The notes: a model not told the origin generated them from the sequence alone. A stretch of 15,043 nucleotides of DNA from a virus (IMGVR_UViG_2541047845_000008), one strand, 5' to 3'. Shown: positions 1 through 8,110, counted from the stretch's first letter. Numbers and translations are program-made.

Positions 1-165
1 ATGGCAAAGCCGATCATCACGCTCAATGGCCTAAAAATCGTCATTATGTTGGGAATGCTGGTCATTATTCTCTGCGGTATCCGTTTTGCCGCCGAGATCA
101 TCGTGCCGTTTATTCTCGCATTATTTATTGCTGTTATATATAACTTATTTCACTTAACACATTGA
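1..165 (+). pseudogene. tqsA: Truncated 5' fragment of an AI-2E family transporter gene (TqsA/YdgG-like), 54 codons, interrupted by the element
   Basis: Frame-1 ORF from ATG at 1 to TGA at 163-165 (below the ORF-track size cutoff). Translation [46 protein letters not shown] is a hydrophobic N-terminal membrane segment that I recall as the start of E. coli TqsA. The reading frame then runs into YNLFHLTH-stop in AT-rich sequence from about nt 136-141. Identification is from memory, not a search. Confidence 0.5.
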
Positions 166-564
166 TTTAATTAAATAATTTGCACCACAAAAAGTGCCAA
201 AAATCGCAAAATGACTACACCAGTAACTACACCGTTCGGTGCACTGTATGAAACAACGTGGAACAAATAGACACAAGAAATATACAGGCAGATCATCTTT
301 CCAGGGGGAAGCGCACCAATTCATGAGGGGCGTTGCTGTCGATATGGGGATCTCCACCTACCTGGATTTTTTTCCGGTTAAACGTTAATCAGGCTGGTGG
401 GTTTTACCTGTTCTGTAGGAGTGGTCATTATGACCATCCCTTATATCGTCCGAATGCCGGACGAAGGCACACATCAACCGTAACGAAAATCGTTATGGTT
501 GCCTTGATGGTCTGCGTGGTCATTATGACCATTCAGCCAATGACCTTAATCAGAATTTTTCGCT

Positions 565-588
565 AAAAAATGACGTTGGTCACGTCAT
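565..588 (-). terminator. Putative rho-independent terminator ending the long leftward operon
   Basis: Palindrome TGACG-TTGGTCA-CGTCA at about 571-587, flanked on the plus strand by an A6 run (565-570) that reads as a U-tract on the minus strand. It lies about 70 nt downstream of the last operon gene (stop at 659). Stem is short, so confidence is modest. Confidence 0.35.
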
Positions 589-658
589 CCGGAAAGCACA
601 AAATCACGTCAATTTTTAATGGATGGTTAAACCGTCTTTATCTCGATGTCCGTACGTA

Positions 659-940
659 TTACGTACGCAGTCGTTCCGGCTTCTTCCAGTGGTACGTTAT
701 TTTCTCCTTCTCCCGATACATCTCCACGCGGCGACGGTAGGCCAGCAACTCAAGAACTCTGGTTCGTATGTTGCGCATATCCACGCCATTAAGTTCTATA
801 CCATCACGGCGCATCACCTCAGCAACAACACGCGCATAGTTTTCGGCTGTCACGCTGTCCGGCTGCGTGGCCTGTTCGTCAGCCTGCTGGCTGATTCCGG
901 CAACGCGGCGGATTAATCCCGTTATTTCGGCTTCTGTCAT
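659..940 (-). CDS. Hypothetical protein (93 aa), last gene of the packaging operon
   Basis: ATG at 940 preceded by a GAGGT Shine-Dalgarno; starts 14 nt after the TerL stop. No family recognised. Confidence 0.55.
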   Translation of the reverse strand: MTEAEITGLIRRVAGISQQADEQATQPDSVTAENYARVVAEVMRRDGIELNGVDMRNIRTRVLELLAYRRRVEMYREKEKITYHWKKPERLRT

Positions 941-953
941 GCTGCTGACCTCA

Positions 954-2615
954 TTACACCCCGCTAAATTCTTCCAGTTTCTGGCGGTGGCTGTCGCTTA
1001 TATCAAAAGCAAAATCCTCATGCTCTGCCTGGAATGTACCAAACGCCATCAGCGCCGCCACGCTCGGGTCTATCTTGTTCGGTGATTTTTTCTTGTTCGG
1101 CTTGATATTGGCGTTCGCGTCACTCTGCATCACGACGTTACTCATCGACCAGGACAACACCGGATCGCCACGATGCACAATCACCCTGCGGTTAACAAAA
1201 ACTTCGAACGATTTCGCCGCCGGACTGAATCTGAGGTAGGTTTGCGGGAACGGCTCCACCTCAAAACCTGCCCCCTGTAATTGCGTTCTGAGATGCGTGG
1301 CGTTCCACGTATCAAAGCCCACCAGCCTGATATTAAATTTCTCCGCGTCCTGCATGATGTCATCTCTGATCCGGTCGTAATCAATGCAGTCGCCAGGCGT
1401 TGTGCGTATCCAGCCCGCTTTAGCCCACTGACGATAGACAGCGCGGTTTTTATTGGCGGGGTTCTGTAGCTGGAACTCCGGCAGATAATGACGGGAAACC
1501 AGCATAATGGTTTTACCGACCGGAAAGGCATAGCACACGCTGGAAATATCGCTTGTGGATGATAAATCCAGCCCCGCGTAACACTCCTGGCCGTGTAAAT
1601 CTTCCTCCGTGAACGTTCCGGCGCACTCCGCCCATGCACCGTTACCCATCCACGGCGTAGCCCCCTGACACCAGATATTGAATCGCTTGGTGAGCATTTC
1701 CACCCACTGCGACGGAATACCCCGCGCTTTCTGGATGGTTGAGGCCAGTTTTTCACGATCGACGGAAACATCGATATTTGGATTCGCCTTTATCCACATC
1801 GCCGGATCGTCAACCTCGCTTTCATCATCCAGCTCGTAAATCAGAACGAACATGGATTCGTTCATCTCTTCACCATCCAGTATCTGACAGCAATAGTCAT
1901 AGTGTTGTTTACAGGCTGAAACAACGTTGCTCCCCGATGTGGTGATGGCAAATAACAGCCCCTCCGGACGCGCCCCCATCCCCATATCAAGTGCGGAATA
2001 AACCCCGTTGTCTGGGTGCAGGTGATATTCATCCACAATGGCAAGACTCGGGTTTGTCCCCTCAATGGTTGCCGCTTTTGCTGCCAGTGGCTTTAACAGG
2101 CTGTTGGTTTTCGGGTGTATCACCTTATGCGCCTGAATATTCACCCGCCTGCGTAACGGTCGGGATAAAAGGCACATCTGACGCGCATCATCAAAGACGA
2201 TCCGCGCCTGGTCACGGCTCACCGCTGCGGTGTAGATATCCTGCTGACCGTTCTCCATAATCAAAAACCAGTTAGCCAGAATCGCGGCGGTCGTGGATTT
2301 CGCATTTTTGCGCGGCACTTCGATAAAGGCGCTCGTGTATTTGCGCCGTCCGGTGGCCTTAACCTTAAAGCCGAGGATGCACGCAAAGGCGAACTGCTGC
2401 CACGGCTCCAGCTCAATGGGTCTGCCACGCATCGGCCCTTTTACGTGCGCGCACACCCTGGAAAAGGCAATAAACCGCTCCACAACCTCACGATCGAACG
2501 TGTAAAGGGGGCTTTCAAGGTCCGAAAAGTACCGTTTAACGGCCTGTTTCAGCCGTTTACAGGCCGGAATTTTGCCCGTTTTTACGTCTTCTGCGTACTT
2601 ATTCCAGGCGGTCAA
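954..2615 (-). CDS. Phage terminase large subunit
   Basis: 553 aa. N-terminus MTAWNKYAEDVKTGKIPACKRLKQAVKRYFSDL is typical of HK97-type large terminases, with an ATPase P-loop-like PRKNAKST and an acidic C-terminal nuclease region. Apparent TTG start at 2615 with GAGGA Shine-Dalgarno, overlapping the TerS 3' end by 17 nt. Confidence 0.9.
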   Translation of the reverse strand: MTAWNKYAEDVKTGKIPACKRLKQAVKRYFSDLESPLYTFDREVVERFIAFSRVCAHVKGPMRGRPIELEPWQQFAFACILGFKVKATGRRKYTSAFIEVPRKNAKSTTAAILANWFLIMENGQQDIYTAAVSRDQARIVFDDARQMCLLSRPLRRRVNIQAHKVIHPKTNSLLKPLAAKAATIEGTNPSLAIVDEYHLHPDNGVYSALDMGMGARPEGLLFAITTSGSNVVSACKQHYDYCCQILDGEEMNESMFVLIYELDDESEVDDPAMWIKANPNIDVSVDREKLASTIQKARGIPSQWVEMLTKRFNIWCQGATPWMGNGAWAECAGTFTEEDLHGQECYAGLDLSSTSDISSVCYAFPVGKTIMLVSRHYLPEFQLQNPANKNRAVYRQWAKAGWIRTTPGDCIDYDRIRDDIMQDAEKFNIRLVGFDTWNATHLRTQLQGAGFEVEPFPQTYLRFSPAAKSFEVFVNRRVIVHRGDPVLSWSMSNVVMQSDANANIKPNKKKSPNKIDPSVAALMAFGTFQAEHEDFAFDISDSHRQKLEEFSGV

Positions 2616-2955
2616 GCTCGTCCTCTTCTTCTGTTTCCGGTGGATTTTTACGGCGGCTTATCGGGTCAAAACCGAGCAAGGAGGCCATTTTTATCATCAC
2701 TCTTTCAGCGTCGGATTTTGCGCTTAATGCGGGGTTTCTGCTCTCGCCGCCCTGACTGTTAACAATGCTGAACCCGCGCGCCGCAAGGTCTGCGACGGCT
2801 TTCCGGTAAATGGAGTAGTTGACACAATACAGTTCCAGATTGCTCCAGTCGGCGGGGGTCAGGTCTCCCCGTTCCGCAAGCTGCCGCGATTTTTCCCGCC
2901 ACTGCTTCACGGCGATGTCATCCAGGTAGGCGGGGGCTTTCGGTGGTCTTGCCAT
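2599..2955 (-). CDS. Phage terminase small subunit (P27-family-like)
   Basis: 118 aa, MARPPKAP... N-terminus and acidic C-terminal tail; positioned immediately upstream of and overlapping TerL, downstream of HNH and the putative cos region. Confidence 0.8.
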   Translation of the reverse strand: MARPPKAPAYLDDIAVKQWREKSRQLAERGDLTPADWSNLELYCVNYSIYRKAVADLAARGFSIVNSQGGESRNPALSAKSDAERVMIKMASLLGFDPISRRKNPPETEEEDELDRLE

Positions 2956-3243
2956 GCTTATTTTTCGTCAGATTATTTTTCAAAAAATTCCCGTGCATAA
3001 AAATTTGAGGAGGCGTTCGGTGTCCGGCAGGGACGGTTTCGTCCTGAAAACCACCCCCACCCCCTCTGACGGCCTCACCAGCGATTGCGAAAACATTCCA
3101 TGACCTCGCGGTCACGGTCGGTTAATCGCTTCGCTGTGGTGCGTTCTGTGCGCCCTGTCCTGTTGGCTTTGTGCCCTGTCTCCTGTGTCTTCCATGCGTC
3201 ATGCTGCCTTATCAGTCCACGAATCAGCCTGTTTTGTTCCTGT
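2956..3243. other. Putative cos / terminase recognition region
   Basis: The only sizeable non-coding gap (about 290 bp) inside the packaging module, between HNH and TerS, where HNH-dependent cos phages of the HK97 type place cos. Contains palindrome GGACG-GTTT-CGTCC (about 3031-3044), a C-rich tract CCACCCCCACCCCC (about 3052-3065), and two near-identical pyrimidine-rich direct repeats CTGTGCGCCCTGTCC / TGTGCCCTGTCTCC (about 3146-3185). Confidence 0.35.
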
Positions 3244-3684
3244 TCAGTCATCATCGCCATACATCCAGTCGTTACGGTGTGCCGCCCGTTCTTCCTGCTC
3301 GCGATACATGCCCGCTTTACGGTTTGCTTTCGTGGCGGGATCTTCCCGCGTCGTCTTACGGTTGTGGCACGTCTGGCACAATGCCTGGTGATTCCACTCA
3401 GGCCAGAAGAGAACATCACCGCCACCATTGATGGGGATAATGTGATCCACCACAAAGGCTGGCGTATAAATACCCTCAGCCAGACAACGCACACATAACG
3501 GATTTTTTTTCAGGTACATGGCGCGGTATTTGTCCCACTGTCGGGAATACCCACGTGCGCGGCGGTGTCCCCGTCTGGCATCCTCTGCACGCCATGCAGC
3601 CCGCCTGTGCTCTTCACACTTGCCGGACTTCACGCGCTTATTACAGCCCGGCTCAGTGCATCGCCTTAATGGTTGCCACGGCAT
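3244..3684 (-). CDS. HNH endonuclease (terminase-associated)
   Basis: 146 aa with paired cysteine clusters (CTEPGCNKR..KC and LCVRC ... CQTCHNRK) and HNH-like motif VDHIIPINGGG ... WNHQALCQTCHN. Start codon overlaps the stop of the upstream connector gene. Confidence 0.9.
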   Translation of the reverse strand: MPWQPLRRCTEPGCNKRVKSGKCEEHRRAAWRAEDARRGHRRARGYSRQWDKYRAMYLKKNPLCVRCLAEGIYTPAFVVDHIIPINGGGDVLFWPEWNHQALCQTCHNRKTTREDPATKANRKAGMYREQEERAAHRNDWMYGDDD

Positions 3685-3980
3685 CAGTACACCCCCACAT
3701 CACGATAAACCGACCAGAGCATCCCTACAGCCAGCGGGATTTCTTTTGTGTCTGCATCCCCGACCGTGGCCCTGTATTCGTACAGTTGCGACACGTACAT
3801 CATGCAGCCAATCTTTATGGCTGGCGTGAACTCCAGCCCGTCATCAAAGCGCCTGCCGATGTGTTTCTGGCACACCTCAAGCGCGGCGGCGATGTATCCG
3901 CTGATTAACTGGTCTTCCTCATTGCCATCAATGCGGCAATGGAGTTTCACTTCTTCCAGGGTGATTAATTCTGCTGTCAT
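3684..3980 (-). CDS. Phage gp6-like head-tail connector protein
   Basis: 98 aa; N-terminus MTAELITLEEVKLHCRIDGNEEDQLISGYIAAA matches the characteristic LITLEE-K-HLRID...D-LI-.YI-AA pattern of gp6-like connector proteins. Overlaps neighbours at both ends. Confidence 0.75.
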   Translation of the reverse strand: MTAELITLEEVKLHCRIDGNEEDQLISGYIAAALEVCQKHIGRRFDDGLEFTPAIKIGCMMYVSQLYEYRATVGDADTKEIPLAVGMLWSVYRDVGVY

Positions 3981-4315
3981 CGTGGCGCACCTGTTTTACA
4001 AAGAATTTCCAGACGAGTCCTTTTACCGTCGGGAACGGGGGGGCCAACAATATCAAGCTCATTGCCGGAATAAGCCCCCGTGAGTACCCGTATCCGGCTG
4101 GATGCCGTAACATCCCCACGAAAACGGATCCAGACTCTTACGGTTGCCTGTGCCGTTTCTGCACCTGCGGTCATGCGTTCCCGTCCGCTGATCCCTTTCA
4201 CCTCCGCCCATACGGTGGCAACATCCTCCCATGTGCTTTTCATTGCACCGGAAGGGAGGCGGGAAAGTTTCGCGCTCATGATGACAATGCGATCCCTCAT
4301 GCTCCCCGCTCTCAT
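3977..4315 (-). CDS. Phage head closure / head-tail adaptor protein
   Basis: 112 aa; size, position after the portal gene and the motif VWAEVKGISGRE...TVRVWIRFRGDV resemble head-tail joining proteins. ATG at 4315 overlaps the portal stop. Confidence 0.7.
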   Translation of the reverse strand: MRAGSMRDRIVIMSAKLSRLPSGAMKSTWEDVATVWAEVKGISGRERMTAGAETAQATVRVWIRFRGDVTASSRIRVLTGAYSGNELDIVGPPVPDGKRTRLEILCKTGAPR

Positions 4316-5526
4316 GATTTGCCCTCTTTATCGTCCTTTACTTCGATCTCCTGTTTCCAGGCCTGGCTGAACTCATCGCCACCATCACGCGGCGATAATC
4401 CCTCACGTTCGCGGGCTTCGTTCGGGCACATAACGCCGGACTTGATGCCGCGTTCATAGGTGGCAAAGCGTTCGCCAGGTGTGGCCCGTAACAGGTCCGC
4501 GCTGTCAAACTCCACCTGATACCGGATACCAGGTACAGGCGAGGCCACCAGCAAAGCATTTTTTATCTGCTGCTCAAAGTTCGCCAGCCACGGGCGCATC
4601 GTCATGGTCAGAAACGCGCGGCTTGCCTCGCTGAAATTGCTGTAGGTGCTGTTGCTGTATTCCTGCAGAAAAATCGGCGAGACGTTGAACATTCGGGCGA
4701 TGTCTTCAATGGTGAAGCGACGGGAGGCCAGCCATTCAGCATCCTGGTTACTCATGCCAAGCTGCTGATAGCTCATACCCCCTTCAAGAATGGGCGTTTT
4801 TCCGGCGTTTCTGGCTCCTTTGTAGCGTTCCAGTGCGGCTAATGCCTGTTTGCCCTTCACGCCGTCCAGCCATTCGCCTGACGTGATAACCCCTGCTGCC
4901 ATCATGCCATCACGCATCACGCTCGCGCCGTGGCGCTGTTGGGCCAGCCCAAGCCCCAGCGATTCGCGGCAGATGGTCACAGGTGAGCGCCCCATAAAGC
5001 CGTCATCCGTGGAGTAACGAAGGTGGAGAACCTCCCACGGTAAATAGTTGCGGGTGTTTCCGCTGTAAGCGTCAGTGATGCGGTAACGCCAGTTATGTTC
5101 CCCTGTCTGCTCAACATTCACCGACTGCGGCGGGTAAGGGTGCAAAGCCACCGGAAAACCATCACGCCCCCACTGAATCACCGCATAAGCATTACCGTTT
5201 AACAGGCAGTGGCGGACCATCATTCGCTTAAACTGATAGGGCGTCTGCCACGCGTTCGGGCGCTCGTTGAGGATATGATCGACCGGATGAGAATCAAGCC
5301 ACTCGCGGGCCTCCTTCCCCTTCTCATTGCGTACCAGGTACAGGTAGCATGGCATAGTAGCCACCGCCTCAGAGATGACCGTGACGGCGTTCATGACGGC
5401 GGGGAGTGATTCCGCTGTCCCCGATGATACGTACTCACCCGCCCCCGTGTTCGATGTGCCAGCCAGCGCCATAAATTCATCCAGCGTAAGGCTGCGATGC
5501 TCTTGTTTTCGTCTGAAAGGCCACAT
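4312..5526 (-). CDS. Phage portal protein (HK97 family-like)
   Basis: 404 aa; length, position adjacent to the prohead protease gene and conserved portal-like core; acidic C-terminus. Confidence 0.85.
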   Translation of the reverse strand: MWPFRRKQEHRSLTLDEFMALAGTSNTGAGEYVSSGTAESLPAVMNAVTVISEAVATMPCYLYLVRNEKGKEAREWLDSHPVDHILNERPNAWQTPYQFKRMMVRHCLLNGNAYAVIQWGRDGFPVALHPYPPQSVNVEQTGEHNWRYRITDAYSGNTRNYLPWEVLHLRYSTDDGFMGRSPVTICRESLGLGLAQQRHGASVMRDGMMAAGVITSGEWLDGVKGKQALAALERYKGARNAGKTPILEGGMSYQQLGMSNQDAEWLASRRFTIEDIARMFNVSPIFLQEYSNSTYSNFSEASRAFLTMTMRPWLANFEQQIKNALLVASPVPGIRYQVEFDSADLLRATPGERFATYERGIKSGVMCPNEAREREGLSPRDGGDEFSQAWKQEIEVKDDKEGKS

Positions 5527-5527
5527 A

Positions 5528-6103
5528 TCACACCCCCGCTAAATCCGCCCACCAGCGGCGATTATCCGCGCGTGGCATTTTTTCGGGGTGCTGCTCATAC
5601 AGGGAACGGCGGGCCAGATCCACGCCGGAATCAGGGTAAGCCGGTACGGATGTAACGGTAATTTCGTACAGTTCCGCCACCAGCACGGTGCGCACGCATG
5701 GATCTGTTGTGGTATCCCATACATCCTTACGGGAACGAAAGCCAAAGCTCATGCCGGATATATCACCACGTTTAACCAGTTCGATAACGTCCCGCCCTGT
5801 GCTGGTATCCGGTGGGGTCAGTTCAAAGCGTAACCCTGTGTCGTCCTCTTCCAGTTTCAGCGTGCCGGAACGGGTGCGCCCCAGTAACATGCTGTGGTCA
5901 TGCTCATACAGGCCACGAACGTCATTACCCGCCGCCAGCCACTCACTGAACGCCCCCCGCTGGAATTTTTCGTAAAACTCACCCCATAGCAGATCAGAAA
6001 GGTTATTCCAGCGAACAACGTAACCCGTCAGCGTACTGGCTCCGCTGGTGGTGATTTCTGATGACCGGATTTCCATGCTCTTTTTCATATTTTTTTCACC
6101 CAT
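5528..6103 (-). CDS. Prohead maturation protease (HK97 family-like)
   Basis: 191 aa; lies between the major capsid and portal genes. Alternative ATG starts at 6088 (GGTGA Shine-Dalgarno) or 6076 are possible. Confidence 0.8.
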   Translation of the reverse strand: MGEKNMKKSMEIRSSEITTSGASTLTGYVVRWNNLSDLLWGEFYEKFQRGAFSEWLAAGNDVRGLYEHDHSMLLGRTRSGTLKLEEDDTGLRFELTPPDTSTGRDVIELVKRGDISGMSFGFRSRKDVWDTTTDPCVRTVLVAELYEITVTSVPAYPDSGVDLARRSLYEQHPEKMPRADNRRWWADLAGV

Positions 6104-6111
6104 AAAACACC

Positions 6112-6135
6112 AAAGGGGCTTTTTAGCCCCTTTTT
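6112..6135 (-). terminator. Hairpin with flanking T-runs between capsid and protease genes (attenuator/terminator)
   Basis: Perfect 6-bp stem GGGGCT / AGCCCC with 4-nt loop at about 6115-6130, with T-rich flanks on both strands, immediately 3' of the capsid stop at 6139. Confidence 0.45.
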
Positions 6136-6138
6136 CTG

Positions 6139-7308
6139 TTAATCGCCGTTTTTCATCTCGAGGACTTTTATCGCGCGGGAGTCAACAACCCCGCCGCCGA
6201 TGTATTTATCCGTGTGTACCTTGTAGAAGCCCGGCTCTGTAATGTTGTCCGGTCGGGTACGGATCCCCGTTTCATGGTCAACGATGAAATAACCGCGCTT
6301 AAAGTCACCGACAGCCAGCGGCGTTTTGCCTTTGCCGATGTCCGGCATACTTTCCAGGTAATAAACAGGACGGCCCAGCAATGTGTCAGGTGCGCCCTCT
6401 TTGAGGCTGTCACGCCATACGTAATCACCGCTCTGGTTTTTCAGCTTCTGCAATGCTGCCGCAGTGTTCGAGTTCATCACCCACACGGCGTTCTTACGGT
6501 ATTTCGCTTTCAGCTTGTAGAGGATGTCGATCAGTTCGTCCGCTGTAATGGCGTCGGTTGTTGTAACCATTTTTTCAATGGTGCCAAAGGCGCGGGCTTT
6601 GTCGTTGTTGGTATCACGGGTGTAATTCAGGAAACCCTTCGGCTTGCCAGTACCGTCACCATTTACAAAATCATCTTCTTCGGTCGTGGCGAACGTGTCG
6701 GCGATTTCAGACGATAACCAGCCCAGCACATCCACTTCTGAAAAATCCAGGATTTCCTGCGTGGTTTTCGGGTAGGCATAGATCGGGTTAAGTTTGATGC
6801 TTACGCGCTCAACTTTCGGGGTTTCTGTTTCGGTTCGCTTGTTGCCCTCAGTGCCACGCCCCACCGTTGCGCCACCTGTGGAAACCAGTTTCTGGTATTC
6901 GTTTGATTTCGCCGTTTTCACCGTCGCAATCATTCGCATGACGCTTTCATCACTCAGTAACCGCATAACCTCGCGATCAAGCTCAGGGATAACGGTATAA
7001 CCACCGTCCTTGCCGCCGTTGGTGGTGGTGGATAATGAGCGAACGTCACCCGTTACGATGTAGTTGCGAAGTTCTGCGGGGTCAGTGGTCTGGCTGGCTT
7101 TACCTGGCTTGCTGCGCTCTTCGTCGGCAACGGCTTCAAGGCGGGAAATGTCTTTATCGAGGGATTCAGCTTTAGCGCGTAATTCGTCAAATTTTGCGCC
7201 CTCGGCGTCGTTAAGGCTGCGGTTTTCTTTTTCCGCGTTCTCCAGCATGTCGCGCATCTGATTTTTGATGGCGGTTTTCTGCTGGCGCAATTCGATAATT
7301 CTCGGCAT
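6139..7308 (-). CDS. Major capsid protein, HK97 fold
   Basis: N-terminal coiled-coil delta-domain-like region (MPRIIELRQQKTAIKNQMRDMLENAEKENRSL...) followed by a capsid core. The ORF track extends to 7353 on a TTG; ATG at 7308 is the more likely start (389 aa). Confidence 0.9.
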   Translation of the reverse strand: MPRIIELRQQKTAIKNQMRDMLENAEKENRSLNDAEGAKFDELRAKAESLDKDISRLEAVADEERSKPGKASQTTDPAELRNYIVTGDVRSLSTTTNGGKDGGYTVIPELDREVMRLLSDESVMRMIATVKTAKSNEYQKLVSTGGATVGRGTEGNKRTETETPKVERVSIKLNPIYAYPKTTQEILDFSEVDVLGWLSSEIADTFATTEEDDFVNGDGTGKPKGFLNYTRDTNNDKARAFGTIEKMVTTTDAITADELIDILYKLKAKYRKNAVWVMNSNTAAALQKLKNQSGDYVWRDSLKEGAPDTLLGRPVYYLESMPDIGKGKTPLAVGDFKRGYFIVDHETGIRTRPDNITEPGFYKVHTDKYIGGGVVDSRAIKVLEMKNGD

Positions 7309-7558
7309 AAAAAAAAGTCCTGATGCAAAGAGGAAAACACCAGGACGCGGCAAGACTCACGGTACGAGAACAAAAAGAAATGCACACCGATGCAGGCTTC
7401 CCGCCTGTTAACGCTGATGAGATTAACAGGCGGGAAAATGGTCCCAGCGTCCTGGCAACAGTGGCGAGAATAACCACGGTTCGGGCCTGATAAAATAAGC
7501 CAGCCATGCCGCTGAACAACCACGAACAACCACGCACAAATAATTTACAAAAGCTGAC

Positions 7559-7584
7559 AAAAAAAGCCCTGGTTAAACCTGGGC
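7559..7584 (-). terminator. Rho-independent terminator after the replication/regulation segment
   Basis: Stem-loop GCCCTGG-TTAAA-CCTGGGC (one mismatch) followed on the minus strand by U7 (plus-strand A7 at 7559-7565), directly 3' of the gene ending at 7592. Confidence 0.5.
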
Positions 7585-7591
7585 TGGGCCA

Positions 7592-7852
7592 TTAATTAAC
7601 GTCTTCCGGTGGTACTGATTGCACTGTGCGGGGCTTCACCTTTTCCAGATATGCGATGAGCGCATCAATCTGTTCAGGACCAGCCGCCAGAATTTCACCG
7701 GAAAGCGTGCTGCGTAAAAAACCATGATGATCAACCCAGAATATCGCCCCCGCCGCCAGGTGCTGGCGATAACGCTCCGTTGTCGTGTGGGCCGGATGTT
7801 CAAGGCCGAATAATTCGCGGTGTCGTTTAATTTCCTCTGTGGTTACTGGCAT
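7592..7852 (-). CDS. Hypothetical protein (86 aa)
   Basis: ATG at 7852 with AGGGGG Shine-Dalgarno; overlaps the 3' end of the upstream PerC-like gene by 10 nt. No family recognised. Confidence 0.55.
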   Translation of the reverse strand: MPVTTEEIKRHRELFGLEHPAHTTTERYRQHLAAGAIFWVDHHGFLRSTLSGEILAAGPEQIDALIAYLEKVKPRTVQSVPPEDVN

Positions 7853-8100
7853 GTTTCCCCCTTTAATTTATCTAATCCCATTTCAGCATAAACACGATCA
7901 GCGGCTTTTTTAATATCGCTGAAATTGTCCGGCCCGAGTGCTGGCCTTGTCGATTTTCTGCAACATTCCAGCCGTCGCATCGTGATGTGCTCCCGTTCCT
8001 TGTCTGTCTCCACCAGTAGCATGACTTCACCCCATCGCGCCGACGCTCTCCGGTAAAAGCCTTTCGCCTCGAGTTCTTCCGCTATGCGGTCATGTACCAT
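7843..8100 (-). CDS. PerC-like transcriptional activator (85 aa)
   Basis: From ATG at 8100 (GAGGGTGA Shine-Dalgarno; the track's longer ORF starts on a GTG inside ssb). The motif MVHDRIAEELEAKGFYRRASARWGEVM ... C..C ... DNFSD ... MGL matches my recollection of PerC/Pch-family small activators. Not search-verified. Confidence 0.5.
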   Translation of the reverse strand: MVHDRIAEELEAKGFYRRASARWGEVMLLVETDKEREHITMRRLECCRKSTRPALGPDNFSDIKKAADRVYAEMGLDKLKGETCQ

Positions 8101-8110
8101 CGTCACCCTC

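Noticed and set aside
238-300. LexA-box-like CTGT / TATACAG fragments
   Set aside because: Only half-site matches; no full CTGT-N8-ACAG palindrome, so no SOS box is called.
154-566. Track ORFs 154-357 (minus, 67 aa) and 333-566 (plus, 77 aa)
   Set aside because: No convincing start context and odd composition. The region is better described as non-coding with palindromes and possibly two very short ORFs (see finding); neither long ORF is called.
1181-2505. Several 60-200 aa ORFs inside or antisense to the terminase large subunit gene
   Set aside because: All lie within the strongly supported TerL CDS and lack independent start signals; treated as frame artefacts. The same applies to the antisense ORFs inside the portal, capsid and primase genes.
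3075-3498. 139-aa minus and 137-aa plus ORFs overlapping the HNH gene and the cos region
   Set aside because: They overlap a well-supported HNH endonuclease gene in other frames or on the other strand, and have Cys/Arg-rich low-complexity composition typical of out-of-frame readings of GC-rich coding DNA.
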